Below, piece by piece: positions 11,431-24,342 of a DNA stretch of 64,000 nt. The position numbers and the translations under genes are program-made. The notes under the pieces were generated by a model. The model saw only the letters and a list, made by a program, of their open reading frames with translations, had not been told where the DNA came from and did no database searches. The stretch covers positions 56,234,001 through 56,298,000 of the forward strand of contig OX597827.1 of assembly GCA_951406725.2 (NCBI GenBank), in the 5' to 3' direction. Position 1 is the first letter of the stretch, and each line of letters begins with the position of its first letter. The stretch is from Octopus vulgaris (taxonomy: Eukaryota).

Positions 11431-11506
11431 AACCACAACTACTCTCACAGGAATAGCAAGCAGGGACAATGAAAGGATGGAAATATATAAACTATTTTAT
11501 AACCAA

Positions 11507-11889
11507 CTAGCAGTATCGCCCGGCGTTGCTCAGGTTTGTAAGGGAAATAACTATAAAGCATTTTTAGAGAGTTATAGCCAAAAAATAGCAAAAAAATGGA
11601 AAAAAATTAAGGTAAATTTTTTTTTTAGTTAAAAAAGGTGGAGTTGCGTCCCGTAGACAGTTTGCGGTTTGTGTTTCTGATTCTCGACCCCATGTCGAAT
11701 TTATCGATTTTTTTCAGAACTGGGGGAACTTTTCAAAATTTTCGCTGCGTTAGTTTTGAATTATGACATTGGGCTATGTGTGTGTCAAGTTTCATCAGAA
11801 TCGGTTGAAAGCCGTGGTCAGGGTGAGGGTACAAGCAAACAGACACACAGAAACACGCACAGACAAAATGCCGTTTATATAGAGAGAGA
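11507..11889 (-). mobile_element. Non-autonomous Helitron-like element
   Basis: Minus strand begins TCTCTCT(A)TATA and ends with a subterminal GC hairpin GCAACGCCGGGCGATACTG-CTAG, inserted at A/T. A related element lies at 12546-12942. Confidence 0.7.
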
Positions 11890-13907
11890 TATACTTTTTG
11901 TCCTTCCCAAAATCTGAGGTTGTTACTATGTCTTTTTATTTCCTATTTTCTTCATTTTGTCTTTTATCTTTTATTTGTTTCAGTCATTACACTGTGGCCA
12001 TGCTGGGGCACCACCTTGAAGAATATATTTTTTTAGTTGAATGAATTGACCCCAGTACTTATTTTTTATTAAACCTGATACTTATTCTATTAGCCTCTTT
12101 TGGTGAATCATTAAGTTACAGGGAAGTAAACAAACCAATACTGGTTGTCAAGTAGAAGTGGGGGGGGGTCAAATACACAAACACACACACACATGTTCAT
12201 GTGTCACTAAGCATGTTCAGTCAACCGTGTCAGCCTTAACTTACAATGCCAAACACTGTCACTTGATATTAGCATACAGACGGACATGGGCAATCTATAA
12301 AAAATTTCTAAGACCAGACATGTAACTATCTTCTACAAATCAAGTACTATTCAAAACATATACTATAAAAATAGGGCAAGCCTCAAACACTAGTCAGAAG
12401 CAAGACAGCTGTGATATAAGCCACGTCTTTCTATTTCAACTTTTTAAAATCAGTATAGACTGTGAAACTGGTTAAATCTTTAAGTATAATAATAAGAAAT
12501 ATTTTAACTATTCTCAGTGCATTTTCAACTTCTATTTTACCTATACTAGCAATATTGCCCGGCGTTGCTAGGGGTTTGTTTCAACCCTTTAGAATTGGAA
12601 TTTTTGAAAAGTAAAAATCTTGCATTATGTAGCTTGTTACTCTCTTTAAGTGAACATTTTTCTGGTTGAAATACACCGAAAAATGGTGACACAGCAGTCA
12701 AAAAATTGTAAAAAAATAGGGATTTTCATAGAAAAAATGCACCTTTTTGATGTAAATAATTTTTGGTGTTAACATGGTCCGATTTGAATTTTTTTCTTCT
12801 ACAGAAGGAAGAACAAGCCTTCTTCTATCATACTCTCAATTTTGATCAACTTGTGCCACAGGGTCTCTGAGGAGATAGTGTTAGTTGAAGGCTACCAGAC
12901 CTACCATACACAGACAACTTCAGCTTTATATATAGAGAGAGATTTCTACCTTTGTGGAATAAAATAATTTTGTTTTATATATATATACATACACACACAC
13001 ATAATAGCTGATGTACCCAGTAATTCCCAGGAAAGTGGGGCTTATTCCTTGGTTCCGTTCTCATAATTGTTTTGCTAATCCAATAACAACAATACAAAGT
13101 ATGTAGCCCTTAAAATGGTTTTTATGCATTTACAGAGAATACCAAGCTGTCTTAAACAGGGTCTTGTATACATACATCAACTGATTCAGATGACCTCAAA
13201 CCACCAACACTTGTCTTAACTGAAACTAAAAAACCACTTGGTTAGTGGCCAATTGGAATTCTTTAAATGAAAAAGAAAAAACTAAAATAATTGTAGGCAT
13301 GGCTGTGTGGTAAGAAGCTTACTTCTCAACCACATGGTTTCAGGTTCAATCCCACTGTGTGGCACCTTGGGCAAGTGTCTTCTACCATAGCGTCCAACCA
13401 ACCAAAGCTTTGTGAATGGATTTGGTAAAAGGAAACTGAAAATGTGTATGTCTTTCTGTCTGTGTTTGTCCTCCCATCATCACTTGACAACCGGTATTGG
13501 TGTGTTTACATCCCTGTAACTTAGCCATATGGCATACAAGACCAATAGAATAAATACTAGGCTTAAAAAATAAGTCCTGGGGTGGATGTATTTGACTAAA
13601 ACCTTTCAAGGCAGTGCCCCAGGATGGTCACAATCAAATGACTGAAACAAGTAAAAGATAGAAGATAAAAGGTAAATCTTGAAGAACAAACACATTGTAA
13701 AGAGTACTCTTTTACTTGTTTCAGTCATTTGACTGTGCCCATGCTGGAGCACTGCTTTTAGTCGAGCAAATCGACCCCAGGACTTATTCTTTGTAAGCCT
13801 AGTACTTATTCTATCAGTCTCTTTTGCTGAACCACTAAGTTACGGTGACGTAAACACACCAGCATCGGTTGTCAAGCAACGGTGGGGGGACAAACACAGA
13901 CACACAG

Positions 13908-13962
<55 letters not shown>

Positions 13963-14192
13963 CATATATACGACAGGCTTCTTTCAGTTTCTGTCTACTA
14001 AATCCATTCACAAGGCTTTGGTCGACCCGAGGCTATAGTAGAAGACACTTGCCCAAGGTGTCACGCAGTGGGACTGAACCCAGAACCATGCGGTTGGTAA
14101 ACAAGCTACTTACCACACAGCCACTCCTACACCTAGAAGAGAATATTGAAAAACAAAAAGAAAAACAGATAAGTAAATAACATGTGACTTAC

Positions 14193-14324
14193 TCCAGATG
14201 TTCCTAACAAAAGCTTATCTTGTGAATTATAAACCATTGATGTGACAGGCGATTCTATTTTGTAGAAAGTTACCAGCTTTATAGCATCATTCTTGGAAAC
14301 ATCAAACATACAAAGATATCCATT
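14193..14324 (-). CDS. CFAP43: CFAP43 exon 8
   Basis: atttcag acceptor, GTAAGT donor. Encodes NGYLCMFDVSKNDAIKLVTFYKIESPVTSMVYNSQDKLLLGTSG, a WD-repeat-like segment. Confidence 0.88.
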
Positions 14325-14376
14325 CTGAAATTTGAAGAGAAACTCAACAAGTTCAATAATGTTTAAAGGGTTAACT

Positions 14377-14405
<29 letters not shown>

Positions 14406-14408
<3 letters not shown>

Positions 14409-14664
14409 CTTAATAATTAGGGTTCAGCAAAGATTTGCTTTACCACATACCTAAGTTTAGAAATAGCCGCCAAAACCTTAGCTATTTCTTCTACTTTAAA
14501 AAGGGACTCCCAGAGAAACCAAAATACTTGAAGACACCCCAAGTATTTTGGTTTCTCTGGGAGTCCCTTTTTAAAGTAGAAGAAATAGCTAAGGTTTTGG
14601 CTGCTATTTCTAAACTTCGGTATGTGGTAAAGCAAATCTTTGCTGAACCCTAATTATTAAGTAT
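14406..14664. repeat. Long inverted repeat: 125-bp arms, 9-nt loop, 2 mismatches
   Basis: 14406-14530 is the reverse complement of 14540-14664, which produces mirror ORFs on both strands. Confidence 0.95.
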
Positions 14665-14758
14665 TACTTAAGTTTACCATGAAATGGTCCTTTTTTCATG
14701 CCGAATTCTACTCGGTAAAATTATTGATTACTTCTTAATTAATTAATTTTACCCTTTG

Positions 14759-14995
<237 letters not shown>

Positions 14996-15707
14996 AACAT
15001 AAAAAACTTTTTTTTATATATCTATCATGTAAAATGTCCATGTGGTATCATGTCAAAGCACATATGCAGCAACACATAAAAATGCCCATGCAGCGCCATG
15101 TAAAAGCAACCATGTGGTGCACGTAAAAGTGCCCATGCAGCAACATATAAAAGCACCTGCGCGGTGACATGTAAAAGCAGTTATGCAGTGCCTTATAAAA
15201 GGGCCCATGCAATGTCAGGTAAAAGCACTTGTACAACAACATGTAAAAGCACCGATGTACATCACATAAAAGCCTCCATGTGGTGTCACATAAAAGCCTC
15301 CATGTGGTGCACGCAAAAGTGTCCATGTGGGAACACGTAAAACCTAGGTCACAAGCATTTATATAGCCTATTCTTGGTATTGGCATTTCAAGAAACCATC
15401 TTGAGTTCAAGGATTTATAGGGCCAGTTACCCAGTTTCCATAGCAATACAAGTGACCAAAATCACAAGATTCCCACTGAGCCAGACTCACAGGGTTACTC
15501 ATTTCTACAGCTGAGTGAACTGGAGCAATGTGAAATGAAGTGCTTTGCTCAAGAACACAATGCACTGCTTGGTCTGGGAATCAAACCCACAATCTTGCAA
15601 TTGTGAGTGCAATACCCTGTCCACTAGGCCATGTATTTTGACAAGAGGATGGGAAGAAGCAGAGAAAAGATGTCTAATGTAAGAACAAAATTTCAACACA
15701 AACTTAC

Positions 15708-15772
15708 CTTACCAGCAGTAAATAAATTATTCTTGTGAAAAAAAATAATGTCCATGGAAAAGTCCCATCCAC
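15708..15772 (-). CDS. CFAP43: CFAP43 exon 7
   Basis: Weak AAG acceptor, AAG|GTAAGT donor, phases 1/0. Encodes GGWDFSMDIIFFHKNNLFTAGK. Confidence 0.75.
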
Positions 15773-16316
15773 CTTTCAAATCGATTATCACAGGAGAAGG
15801 AAAGAAAAGAACAAACAAAAAATGAGTAAATCGGGAAAAGAAGGAGAAATAAAGGAAGTTTAGAAAATAACTTAAAGGGTTATTCTTCTACATTTTACCT
15901 CTTACAGTCATGCTGGGGTTCCATTTGGAGGGTTTTAGTTGACCACATCAACCCCAGTACTTATTTTAAAGCCTACAACCTATCTTTGTGAGCTCAATTT
16001 TTGTGACAGAATTAAGTTATAAGCCATAAACACAAGCAGCACATTTTTGAAAGTAGGATCAATGTAAAGATATACACAGAAATAAGACACATACAAGCAC
16101 ACTATTGTACACACACACACACACAGTTGTATGATGAAGTTTCACAAGTCAGAAATTAGAGTACATTCCCTACAAAATAATAGAAATGATATATATTTAT
16201 ACAATATTAGGTACAGGTATGGCTGTGTGGTAAGAAGCTTGCTACCTAGACACATGGTTCCAGGTTCAGTTCTATCTAGAAACCAAATGTTGTCAACAGA
16301 ATAAAAATCATCTCAC

Positions 16317-16404
16317 CATCATACTCTAGTTCTGTTAATGAAGAATAGGGATCGTCTTCTTCCGGATTGAAAATAATAGTAACTTCTGAAGTATCTTCGC
16401 TGAT
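16317..16404 (-). CDS. CFAP43: CFAP43 exon 6
   Basis: atttcag acceptor, GTGAGA donor, phases 0/1. Encodes ISEDTSEVTIIFNPEEDDPYSSLTELEYD. Confidence 0.8.
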
Positions 16405-17089
16405 CTGAAATCATTCACAGAAAACACATTTAATAATCATTCAATATAACAGATCAATAGCGATATCATCAACTGTAAAAAAAGAAAACTAGAAAAGTGA
16501 TATAGTAGAAAGGTAGTGAGCTGGCAGAACCGTTAGCATGCTGGGCAAAATGCTTAGCAGTATTTCGTCTGCCACTACATTCTGAGTTCAAATTCCGCCA
16601 AGGTCGACTTAGCCTTTCATCCTTTCAGGGTCGATTAAATAAGTAATAATTATGCACTGGGGTCGATGTAATCGACTTAATCCGTTTGTCTGTCCTTGTT
16701 TGTCCCCTCCATGTTTAGCCCCTTGTGGGTAATAAAGAAATAAGAAAAGTGATATGGTAGACAAAAAGCAAAGCTTAAGAAATATCCAGCTCATTTCTTC
16801 ATGGAAAGGACAAAAATAAATGGACCAACAAGAAAGACTCTATGTTGTTACTTGATCTCCATTGGTTACCACAATAAGTGTTCTATTTGATCTAATAAAC
16901 AAAACAGCCTGCTCATGAAATTAATGTGCAAGTGGCCAAGCACTCCACAGACACACCCTTAATGTAGTTTACAGAGAGATTCAGTGTAACAAGGCTGGCT
17001 CTTTGAATTAAAGGTACTAATCGTTTTTGCCAGCTGAGTGGACTGGAACAACATGAAATAAAGTGTCTTGCTCAAAGACACAACATGCT

Positions 17090-17350
17090 GCCTATAATAT
17101 TATTCAATAAAGCCACCTTCAGCTTCAACAACTGCTTCTATACGAGATCTAAATCATCTACATGCTCAAAGCAAGTGGTCCTAGTTCATTTTGGACATTA
17201 CTCTGACTATGGCAGCTTTCAAAGAATCTTTAGTGTTATGGGCATGTTCATTGACCTCTCTCTCTCAACAACACTCCACATGTAATAGTCCAATGGATCA
17301 AGATCTGGGGAATTAGGAAGCCAAATGTTAGGAGTTATGTGATCATGAAA
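17090..17350 (-). mobile_element. Tc1/mariner transposase fragment
   Basis: NFHDHITPNIWLPNSPDLDPLDYYMWSVVE motif. Confidence 0.75.
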
Positions 17351-17352
17351 AT

Positions 17353-17402
<50 letters not shown>

Positions 17403-17415
17403 TATGTATATATAC

Positions 17416-17454
<39 letters not shown>

Positions 17455-18164
17455 TTACATAAGTATATATTCTTTAACACATGGTACGACTCTACAACAC
17501 TGTCTCTCTCCCCCCTCTCCTACATTTCTCTGCCTTTCACACTTTGCACTCCACTTGATCTGTCTCTTTCTCTCTCTCTCTCTTCTCCTCCTCCTTTGTT
17601 CCTTGTTCCCCTTCTTTCTCTCTTCATCTGTCCCTCTTTTCCTCTCTCTTTCCCTCATGTGACTAGCCACCAATTGCTGGCCTTTCGTGTCCAGCAGCCG
17701 TTGCGGCAAGACACACTTTTTTGTCTCTCTGTAGCCCTAAGGCTTTCTTCTAACGCCAGCTCAAAAATTTACTCGTCCTGTTGAACAGACGCTTGTCTGT
17801 GACGTTCTGTTTTTGTTGTTATTATTATTATCATTATTGTTTTTACGTATTTTTGTATTCTTATTCGTGCTATCATTATTGTTTTTACGTATTTTTGTAT
17901 TTTTATTTGTGTAACATCGTCCGTTTTTCCGTCCTTGTTTTGTATACATTCGAGGCTTTCTTCCAAGGAATCTAATGCGCTTGGCTTAGATTTTCCTTTG
18001 GGGCTGGCCAGATCGGAGCAATCTCAAGATTAATCAGCCGAAATTGCGAAGATGATCCAGTTCTTGACTGAAGATTGAAGGCTTCGAATGTCCCGTCCGT
18101 GTTTTTTGTATCGTCTTCTAAATGTTTCCCGTTCTTGTCCCAGTTTGTATTTTTTTACATTTAC

Positions 18165-18214
<50 letters not shown>

Positions 18215-18708
18215 ATATATATATATGTATACACACACACACATATCATCATTAAATAACAATAATGATGATGATGATGATGATGATGACACAACAAGCT
18301 TCCACAGTTTTCAACTCCCAAATTCACTCTCAGGGCATTGGTTGGCCTGGGATTATAGTAAAAGGCACTTTCCCCAAGATTTTGCACAGTGAGACCAAAC
18401 CCAAAACTACCTGGTTGCAATGCAGGCTTCTTAACCACACAGCCAAGTCTGGGAACATTTCCATATAAGGATTATATAAAACCTAGTCCAAAAGCTGTTG
18501 ACAATGTCTTGAGTATTTCACAGTGGTTACTTCCATACTTTGAGTGTAATTGAGCAGAACTGAACAAGAGCATTCAACAACTACAACGACAATGGCAGTG
18601 GTAGGAGTAATGAATGCCATTGGCACCACTATCAATGATGACAATGATGATTACCATAATTCGATATGTCTGATGAAGCAAATGTAAATTCAAGACTCAG
18701 AGGCTTAC

Positions 18709-18943
18709 TTTCAAAAGATGTCCATGCTCACAGCCTATAAATACAGCTGAGTCTGACTGCCAACTCTGTGAGACAGGATGTACGTGAGGAATATTTTCAA
18801 GTTTTTGGTGTAATTTATAAGCTTCCTTTCCTGTGATACAAGCTACAGCAGGCAGAGGTATTTCTAAACCAGGATGCTGCAGTTGTTCATTTTCTTTATA
18901 CTTAAACTTCACTGTCTTACTTCGTGGAGGACAATCAATAGCT
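18709..18943 (-). CDS. CFAP43: CFAP43 exon 5
   Basis: cccacag acceptor, GTAAGC donor. Encodes LEIPLPAVACITGKEA...HPVSQSWQSDSAVFIGCEHGHLLK, resembling PVLPLSAIAGLVGKEA...[24 protein letters not shown]. Confidence 0.92.
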
Positions 18944-20538
18944 CTGTGGGAATAAAAGAGTTAAAGTATGTTAGAGCCTTGAGAATTTTTAGTATGAAAT
19001 TGTGAAACAGAGAAATCATCAAATATTTCTGAGCTGGCAAAAATGTTAGCAGGCTTAGCGATATTTCGTCTGCTGTTACGTTCTGAGTTCAAATTCCACC
19101 GAAGTCGTCTTTGCCTTTCATCCTTTCTGGGACGATAAAGTAAATACCAGTTATGCACTAGGGTCAATATAATCGACTTAATCCCTTTATCTAGCCTTGT
19201 TTGTCCCCTCTATGTTTGGCCCCTTGTGAGAAATAAAGAAATAAAAAGATATTTCTAATAATTAATTTGATAATGCCTATTGTTGGTAATTATTGAGTTT
19301 TCAAATACTGTGCTCTTGTGAGAAGAAAACAACAAATGGAAACTTAAATAAGCTCTAAGGATTCTTTACATTTGAACAAGACAAACCAGATAGATTTCAT
19401 TCTTTCCAGAAAGCAGGATAGGCAGATGGCTGTAAATGCCAAACCTTTTGCTGGTGAAGAATATACCATCAAACATAGATTTGTGATTAATGATTTCAGG
19501 GTAAGAGTTAGTTTGGAGAAGAAGGATATACAAGCTTAAAGGGACATCAAACAGTTGTCAGTTCAGAGAAGTACTAGTTGAAGCATTTGATGAGAGAAAG
19601 GAGGAATTGGAGAGATATGATATTTTTCCATATTATATCTATATAAGAGGACAACCAGAAGTTCCTTTGAGACAATCTACTAAAGTCTATAGACCACATC
19701 TATCGCTGGATCTTGGCTCAAGCAGTATATTATTATAGAGAGTCATGAAAGCTAAGAGACAGGCCAGAAAAACTGGAAGAAAGGCAACAGTAGTGAACAA
19801 TACCAAATGACTTAAAGAGAAGCTAGGTGTCAGGTATATTTAGCAAAGAGATGAACAGAAAGCAGAGGTGTGCTAATGTTCTGTAGTGTACAAATCAGAG
19901 TGCGAGATGGTCCAGACTTTGAGGCAGTTACTGACACCGAAAGAGAAAACGGCATTGTTGAATATAGAAAAGCATAAGAGAGGGAGAGGGAGGAGAGAGT
20001 AGAGAGAGGGGAGATGAGAAAGGTAGGAGAGAAAGAGAGAGGAGAGAAAGAGAGAGGAGAGAAGGGGACAGAAAGAGGAGAGGATGGGAAGAGAGAGAGA
20101 AAGAGAGGGGGTGTCTACTCTAAGTAATCCAACTGAGCCTTTCAAATTGACAGCAATTGCAGACATAGAGATAGAGAGAAAGCAGCTAGTCCTTCATAAA
20201 CAGTCACTGAGATTATTAGAATATCTAACAAGGTTTAAACCGGCCATATCCAGCCCAAATATTCTACCTGTTTTATGTTCAAATCAGCCAGATCCAGTCT
20301 CTCACACCTACCCTACAATGTCATTCAAAAGCTAAACAATGAGATCATCAAAATCTTGAAGCTACGAGACAATACATGATTAATTTAAAACAATGTGAAT
20401 AAATAAGTATTATATTTGATAGCGTAATCAGAATGCTAAAGGGATAATGATATTTAAAATGCTCTTTAAAAAAAAATAGAAATAAAGAACTATGTAACGA
20501 TTATGAAATATTTTGGAAAATAAACAAAAATTACTTAC

Positions 20539-20706
20539 TTTAGCACCATTTCAAAATAATCATTTGACTTCATTATCCTGTAAATGTAGATTATATCAGA
20601 GTAGGTCACACACAGATTTTGCCAGTTGCTAGGATTGAAAGAGATACTTGTTATATTACACTGTGGCAATTCCATGGTGCAAAGCTTCAGACCTTCGTAA
20701 TAGTTC
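20539..20706 (-). CDS. CFAP43: CFAP43 exon 4
   Basis: ttcctag acceptor, GTAAGT donor. Encodes NYYEGLKLCTM...ITSISFNPSNWQNLCVT, resembling MSFNPMNWRQLCLS. Confidence 0.9.
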
Positions 20707-20831
20707 CTAGGAAATAAAGTGAAAAAGATTGAGTGAATGTATATATATATATATTAATCAATGAAATTCCACCTTAGTCTGATTTCCACATTTTATTATT
20801 TCCAATATTTGCAATTTTACAATATTGAAAT

Positions 20832-20869
20832 AAACTAGTACTTTCATGTGTTATGCAATCATCAGGTTT
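20832..20869 (-). ncRNA. Minimal type I hammerhead-like motif (degenerate stem II)
   Basis: AAAC-CUGAUGA-UUGCAUAACACAU-GAAA-GUAC-UA|GUUU, with palindromic stem III AGUACU and stem I AAAC/GUUU. Confidence 0.5.
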
Positions 20870-20955
20870 ATGTAGTGACAGTCATGTTCCACTATTGACA
20901 ACAATATGTATATATAACTCTGTGTGCGTGTGTATATATATATATATAGAGAGAG

Positions 20956-21032
<77 letters not shown>

Positions 21033-21163
21033 TATTTATACATAATTTTTATCTATAAAGGTTATTTTAACGTACCAATCTACTCGGCAAAATTGTTAAT
21101 TAATTGATTAATTAATTAATCTAATTAATAAATTTTACCGTTCTATTATTAATATATATATAT

Positions 21164-21375
21164 ACAAGGGGTGTTCATTAAAGATTTCTTCTGACCCACT
21201 TCCTGTTATTGCAGGAAACAGAACTTGTACAGGTATAATCATACATGTCTCTAGATGTCACATTGTAAATTGCAGCTTTCCACTAGTATTCATTTGTCTT
21301 TTACGGCTACAGAAGTGGACTAAGGTGTTATAATGGAGATAGTTGAATGTAGGTTAGTGATCAGGTTCTTAATAT
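21164..21375 (+). mobile_element. mariner 5' end remnant
   Basis: TA-CAAGGGGTGTTCATTAAAG TIR-like start, followed by MEIVECRLVIRF, which resembles a mariner transposase N-terminus. Confidence 0.55.
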
Positions 21376-21759
21376 AAAAACAATTTTACATCTGATGGGC
21401 TATTTTAATATTTTTTTAGAATACCTCATCATCATCATTTAGCATTTGTTTTCCATGCTGGCATGGGTTAGATGGTTTGACTGGAACTGGTAAGCTCCAC
21501 ACTAACTTTAGATTAGTTTCTCCACCAGGATGCCCTTTCTAGCAACAAGAGTGTAGTGGGTGCCTTTTATGTGTCACTGTCATGGGTGCCTTTTATATGT
21601 CACCATCACAGGAGCATTTCACATGCTACCAGCATAAGGTGCTTTTTATGTGTCACCATAATGGGTGCCTTTTATGTGTCACCGGTACTGTCCATGACTA
21701 TGATTCCATTTGTCTTGATGAATCTCCTCAAGCACAGAAAACCACCAAAGGTCTCAAAG

Positions 21760-22590
21760 GTCTCATTTGTCATTGCCTTCAGGAGACCCAACATCTGAAA
21801 TCATGCTTCACCTCTTTGTCCCATGTCTTGCTGAGTTTACCTCTTCCAAAGGTTCCCACCACAGTTAGAGATCGGCACTTCTTTACATAGCTGTCCTTGT
21901 CCATATGCATCACGTGACCATACCAGTGCAGTCAGTCTTCTCTCTTGCACAGTACATCTGATGCCTCTCATGCCCAATTTTTTTTCTTGAGATGCTTAAA
22001 CTCTGTTGCACATGCACACTGACATTGCACATCCAGTGAAGCATACTAGCTTCACTTCTTTCAAGCCTTCACATGTCCTCTACAGTCACAGCTCATGTTT
22101 CACTGCTGAGTAGCATGGTTGTTTGCACACAAGCATCATACAACCTGCCTTTCACTCTGAGGAAGAGTCCCTTTGTTACTAATAAAAGTAGAAGGTCTCT
22201 GAACTTCGCCCAACCTATTCTTATTCTAGCATCCACACTCTCAGAGTATCCACTTCTACTGCTGACTTGGTCGCCCAGATAATGGAAGCTATCAACTACT
22301 TCTAAGTATCCCCACTTGGCATCTGACAGAGTCTATTTTCTGTACATTACTTGAGTTTATTGTACCTGTACATCTGCTACACAAAGACTATTTTCCCTGT
22401 TAACCTTTCTCTGATATTGCTGCACCTCTTATGTGTCCATAGCTTGTACCAGGTACACCTTATGGAGTTTCTACCCATGCTTTTTCTACATAGCAAGCAG
22501 GGCCGTCTCCCTGAAGGGACTTGTGATTTGTCTGTTTCCTACTTACTAAGACTTTGGTCTTTGCTAAATTAACTCTAAGGCCTTTGCCTG
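21760..22590 (-). mobile_element. RTE LINE 3' fragment
   Basis: Homologous to 5100-5600, with C-terminal RT region (YLGDQVS, ASMLHWMCNVS). Further RTE pieces at 19380-19940(+), 35790-35980(+) and 48700-49110(-). Confidence 0.8.
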
Positions 22591-22744
22591 AAGGACTATA
22601 ATGAACAAGATGAGGTTGAGGACAGATCATTGGTGAACTCCAAGTTGTACACTGAATCCATTACTATACTCATTGCCAAGGATTTGGTGCTCCTTTTGAG
22701 ATATGTGTAGTACATAACTACTATTCCATTCCTTTCAAACGCAA

Positions 22745-22829
<85 letters not shown>

Positions 22830-24154
22830 TAGTGAACAGCTAGTATTAACACTTGGAGCCATTATCAAATAAAGAATTGAAAACGTAAAAAAAAAAAATC
22901 AGCAAGAATAAATATGTATTTATAAATTTATAGATTAATGATAAACTGCACAATATTTTCATGCTATTGACCTTTTCAAACTAATGTGCTATAAAAATGA
23001 GATTAAATTAAAGTACATATCATAACAAAATATAGTTCTGAAAAATTATGTGAAAAAAACATATTGAACATACAGTGAGAGATAGAGTGGGTCAACCTTG
23101 AATTAAGCTTTTCTTTTTTCCTTTTTGCTCATAGGTTTCAAATGTACTTTATTTGAATACAAATACACACACACACACACACACTCACTCACAGATACAC
23201 ACACACACACACACATGCACACACACACACGCACACATACACACACAGACATACACGTGCACACACACACACACACAAACACAGTGTGTGTGCACAAGTG
23301 TGTGTGATGGATGTCTGTGAACATGCATGTGTGTGTATGTGTGCATGCATGTGTATCGTTTATCTTTTATTTTTTACTTGTTCCAGTCTTTTGATTGTGG
23401 CCATGCTGGGGCACCGCTTTGAAGGATTTTTAATCAAATGAATCAGCTAAAGTGATTTTTTTTTAAGACTAGTTCTCATGCTGTCAGTCTCTTCTGCTAA
23501 ACTGCTAAGTTATAAGGAAGTAAACACACCAACATCAGTTGTCAAGTGGTGGTGGGGGACAAGCAGACAGAAAGACACACACACACACACAGATACACTC
23601 ACATATATATACAATGGGCTTCTTTCAGTTTCCGTCTACCAAATCCACTCACAAATCTTTAGTCAGTCCAAGGCTATAGCAGAAGACACTTGCCCTAGGT
23701 GCCATGCAATGGGACTGAACCTGGAACCATGTGCTTGGGAAGCAAGCTTCTTACCACACAGCCATATCATATCATATCATCATCATCATCATCATCATCG
23801 TTTAACGTCCGTTTTCCATGCTAGCATGGGTTGGACGATTCAACTGGGGTCTGGGAAGCCAGAAGGCAGTGCCAGGCCCAGGCTGATCTGGCAGTGTTTC
23901 TACGGCTGGATGCCCTTCCTAACGCCAACCACTCTGTGAGTGTAGTGGGTGCTTTTTACGTGCCACCTGCACAGGTGCCAGACGAGGCTGGCAAACGGCC
24001 GTGATCGGATGGTTCTCTTACGTGCCATCAGCACTGGTATCACAGCTACAATTTCCATTGATGCTGATCGATTCGATTTTGATTTTGACTTGCCTCAACA
24101 GGTCTTCAGCATATATATATATAGCATTTTCTTAAAGCCAAAAAAATTTGACAC

Positions 24155-24195
24155 ACTGTTACTCAGAGTTTCACATGACCATTCATCAGACTACT
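24155..24195 (-). ncRNA. Type I hammerhead-like motif (degenerate)
   Basis: GU-CUGAUGA-AUGGUCAUGU-GAAA-CUC-U-GAG-UA|AC, with stem III CUC/GAG and a GUA triplet. Stem I is weak. Confidence 0.45.
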
Positions 24196-24248
24196 GGGAT
24201 GTGTGTGTGTGTGTGTGTGTTTCACTTAATGAAAAATTGTTTCGTTAC

Positions 24249-24342
24249 CATAGATTTAGTTCATAATCAGGAAGTCCTGAGATGCTGACCAGATAATCAG
24301 AAGGAGAAAATAGCAAAGCCTGACATTCTAATTTTCCACCAC
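24249..24342 (-). CDS. CFAP43: CFAP43 exon 3
   Basis: ttaacag acceptor, GTAACG donor, phases 1/2. Encodes GGGKLECQALLFSPSDYLVSISGLPDYELNLW, resembling YLASYSSLPEFELALW. Confidence 0.9.

Noticed and set aside
14417-14653. Two nearly identical 72-aa ORFs on opposite strands
   Set aside because: A by-product of the DNA palindrome, not genes.
15020-15350. Degenerate tandem repeat of about 21 bp with a 132-aa ORF
   Set aside because: Resembles expanded internal GCACGTAAAAGCAC units of the local SINE family; no coding signal.
18060-18100. CTGAAGA...GAA hammerhead-like string (similar partial strings at about 18670 and 39044)
   Set aside because: Incomplete core and no supporting stems I and III.
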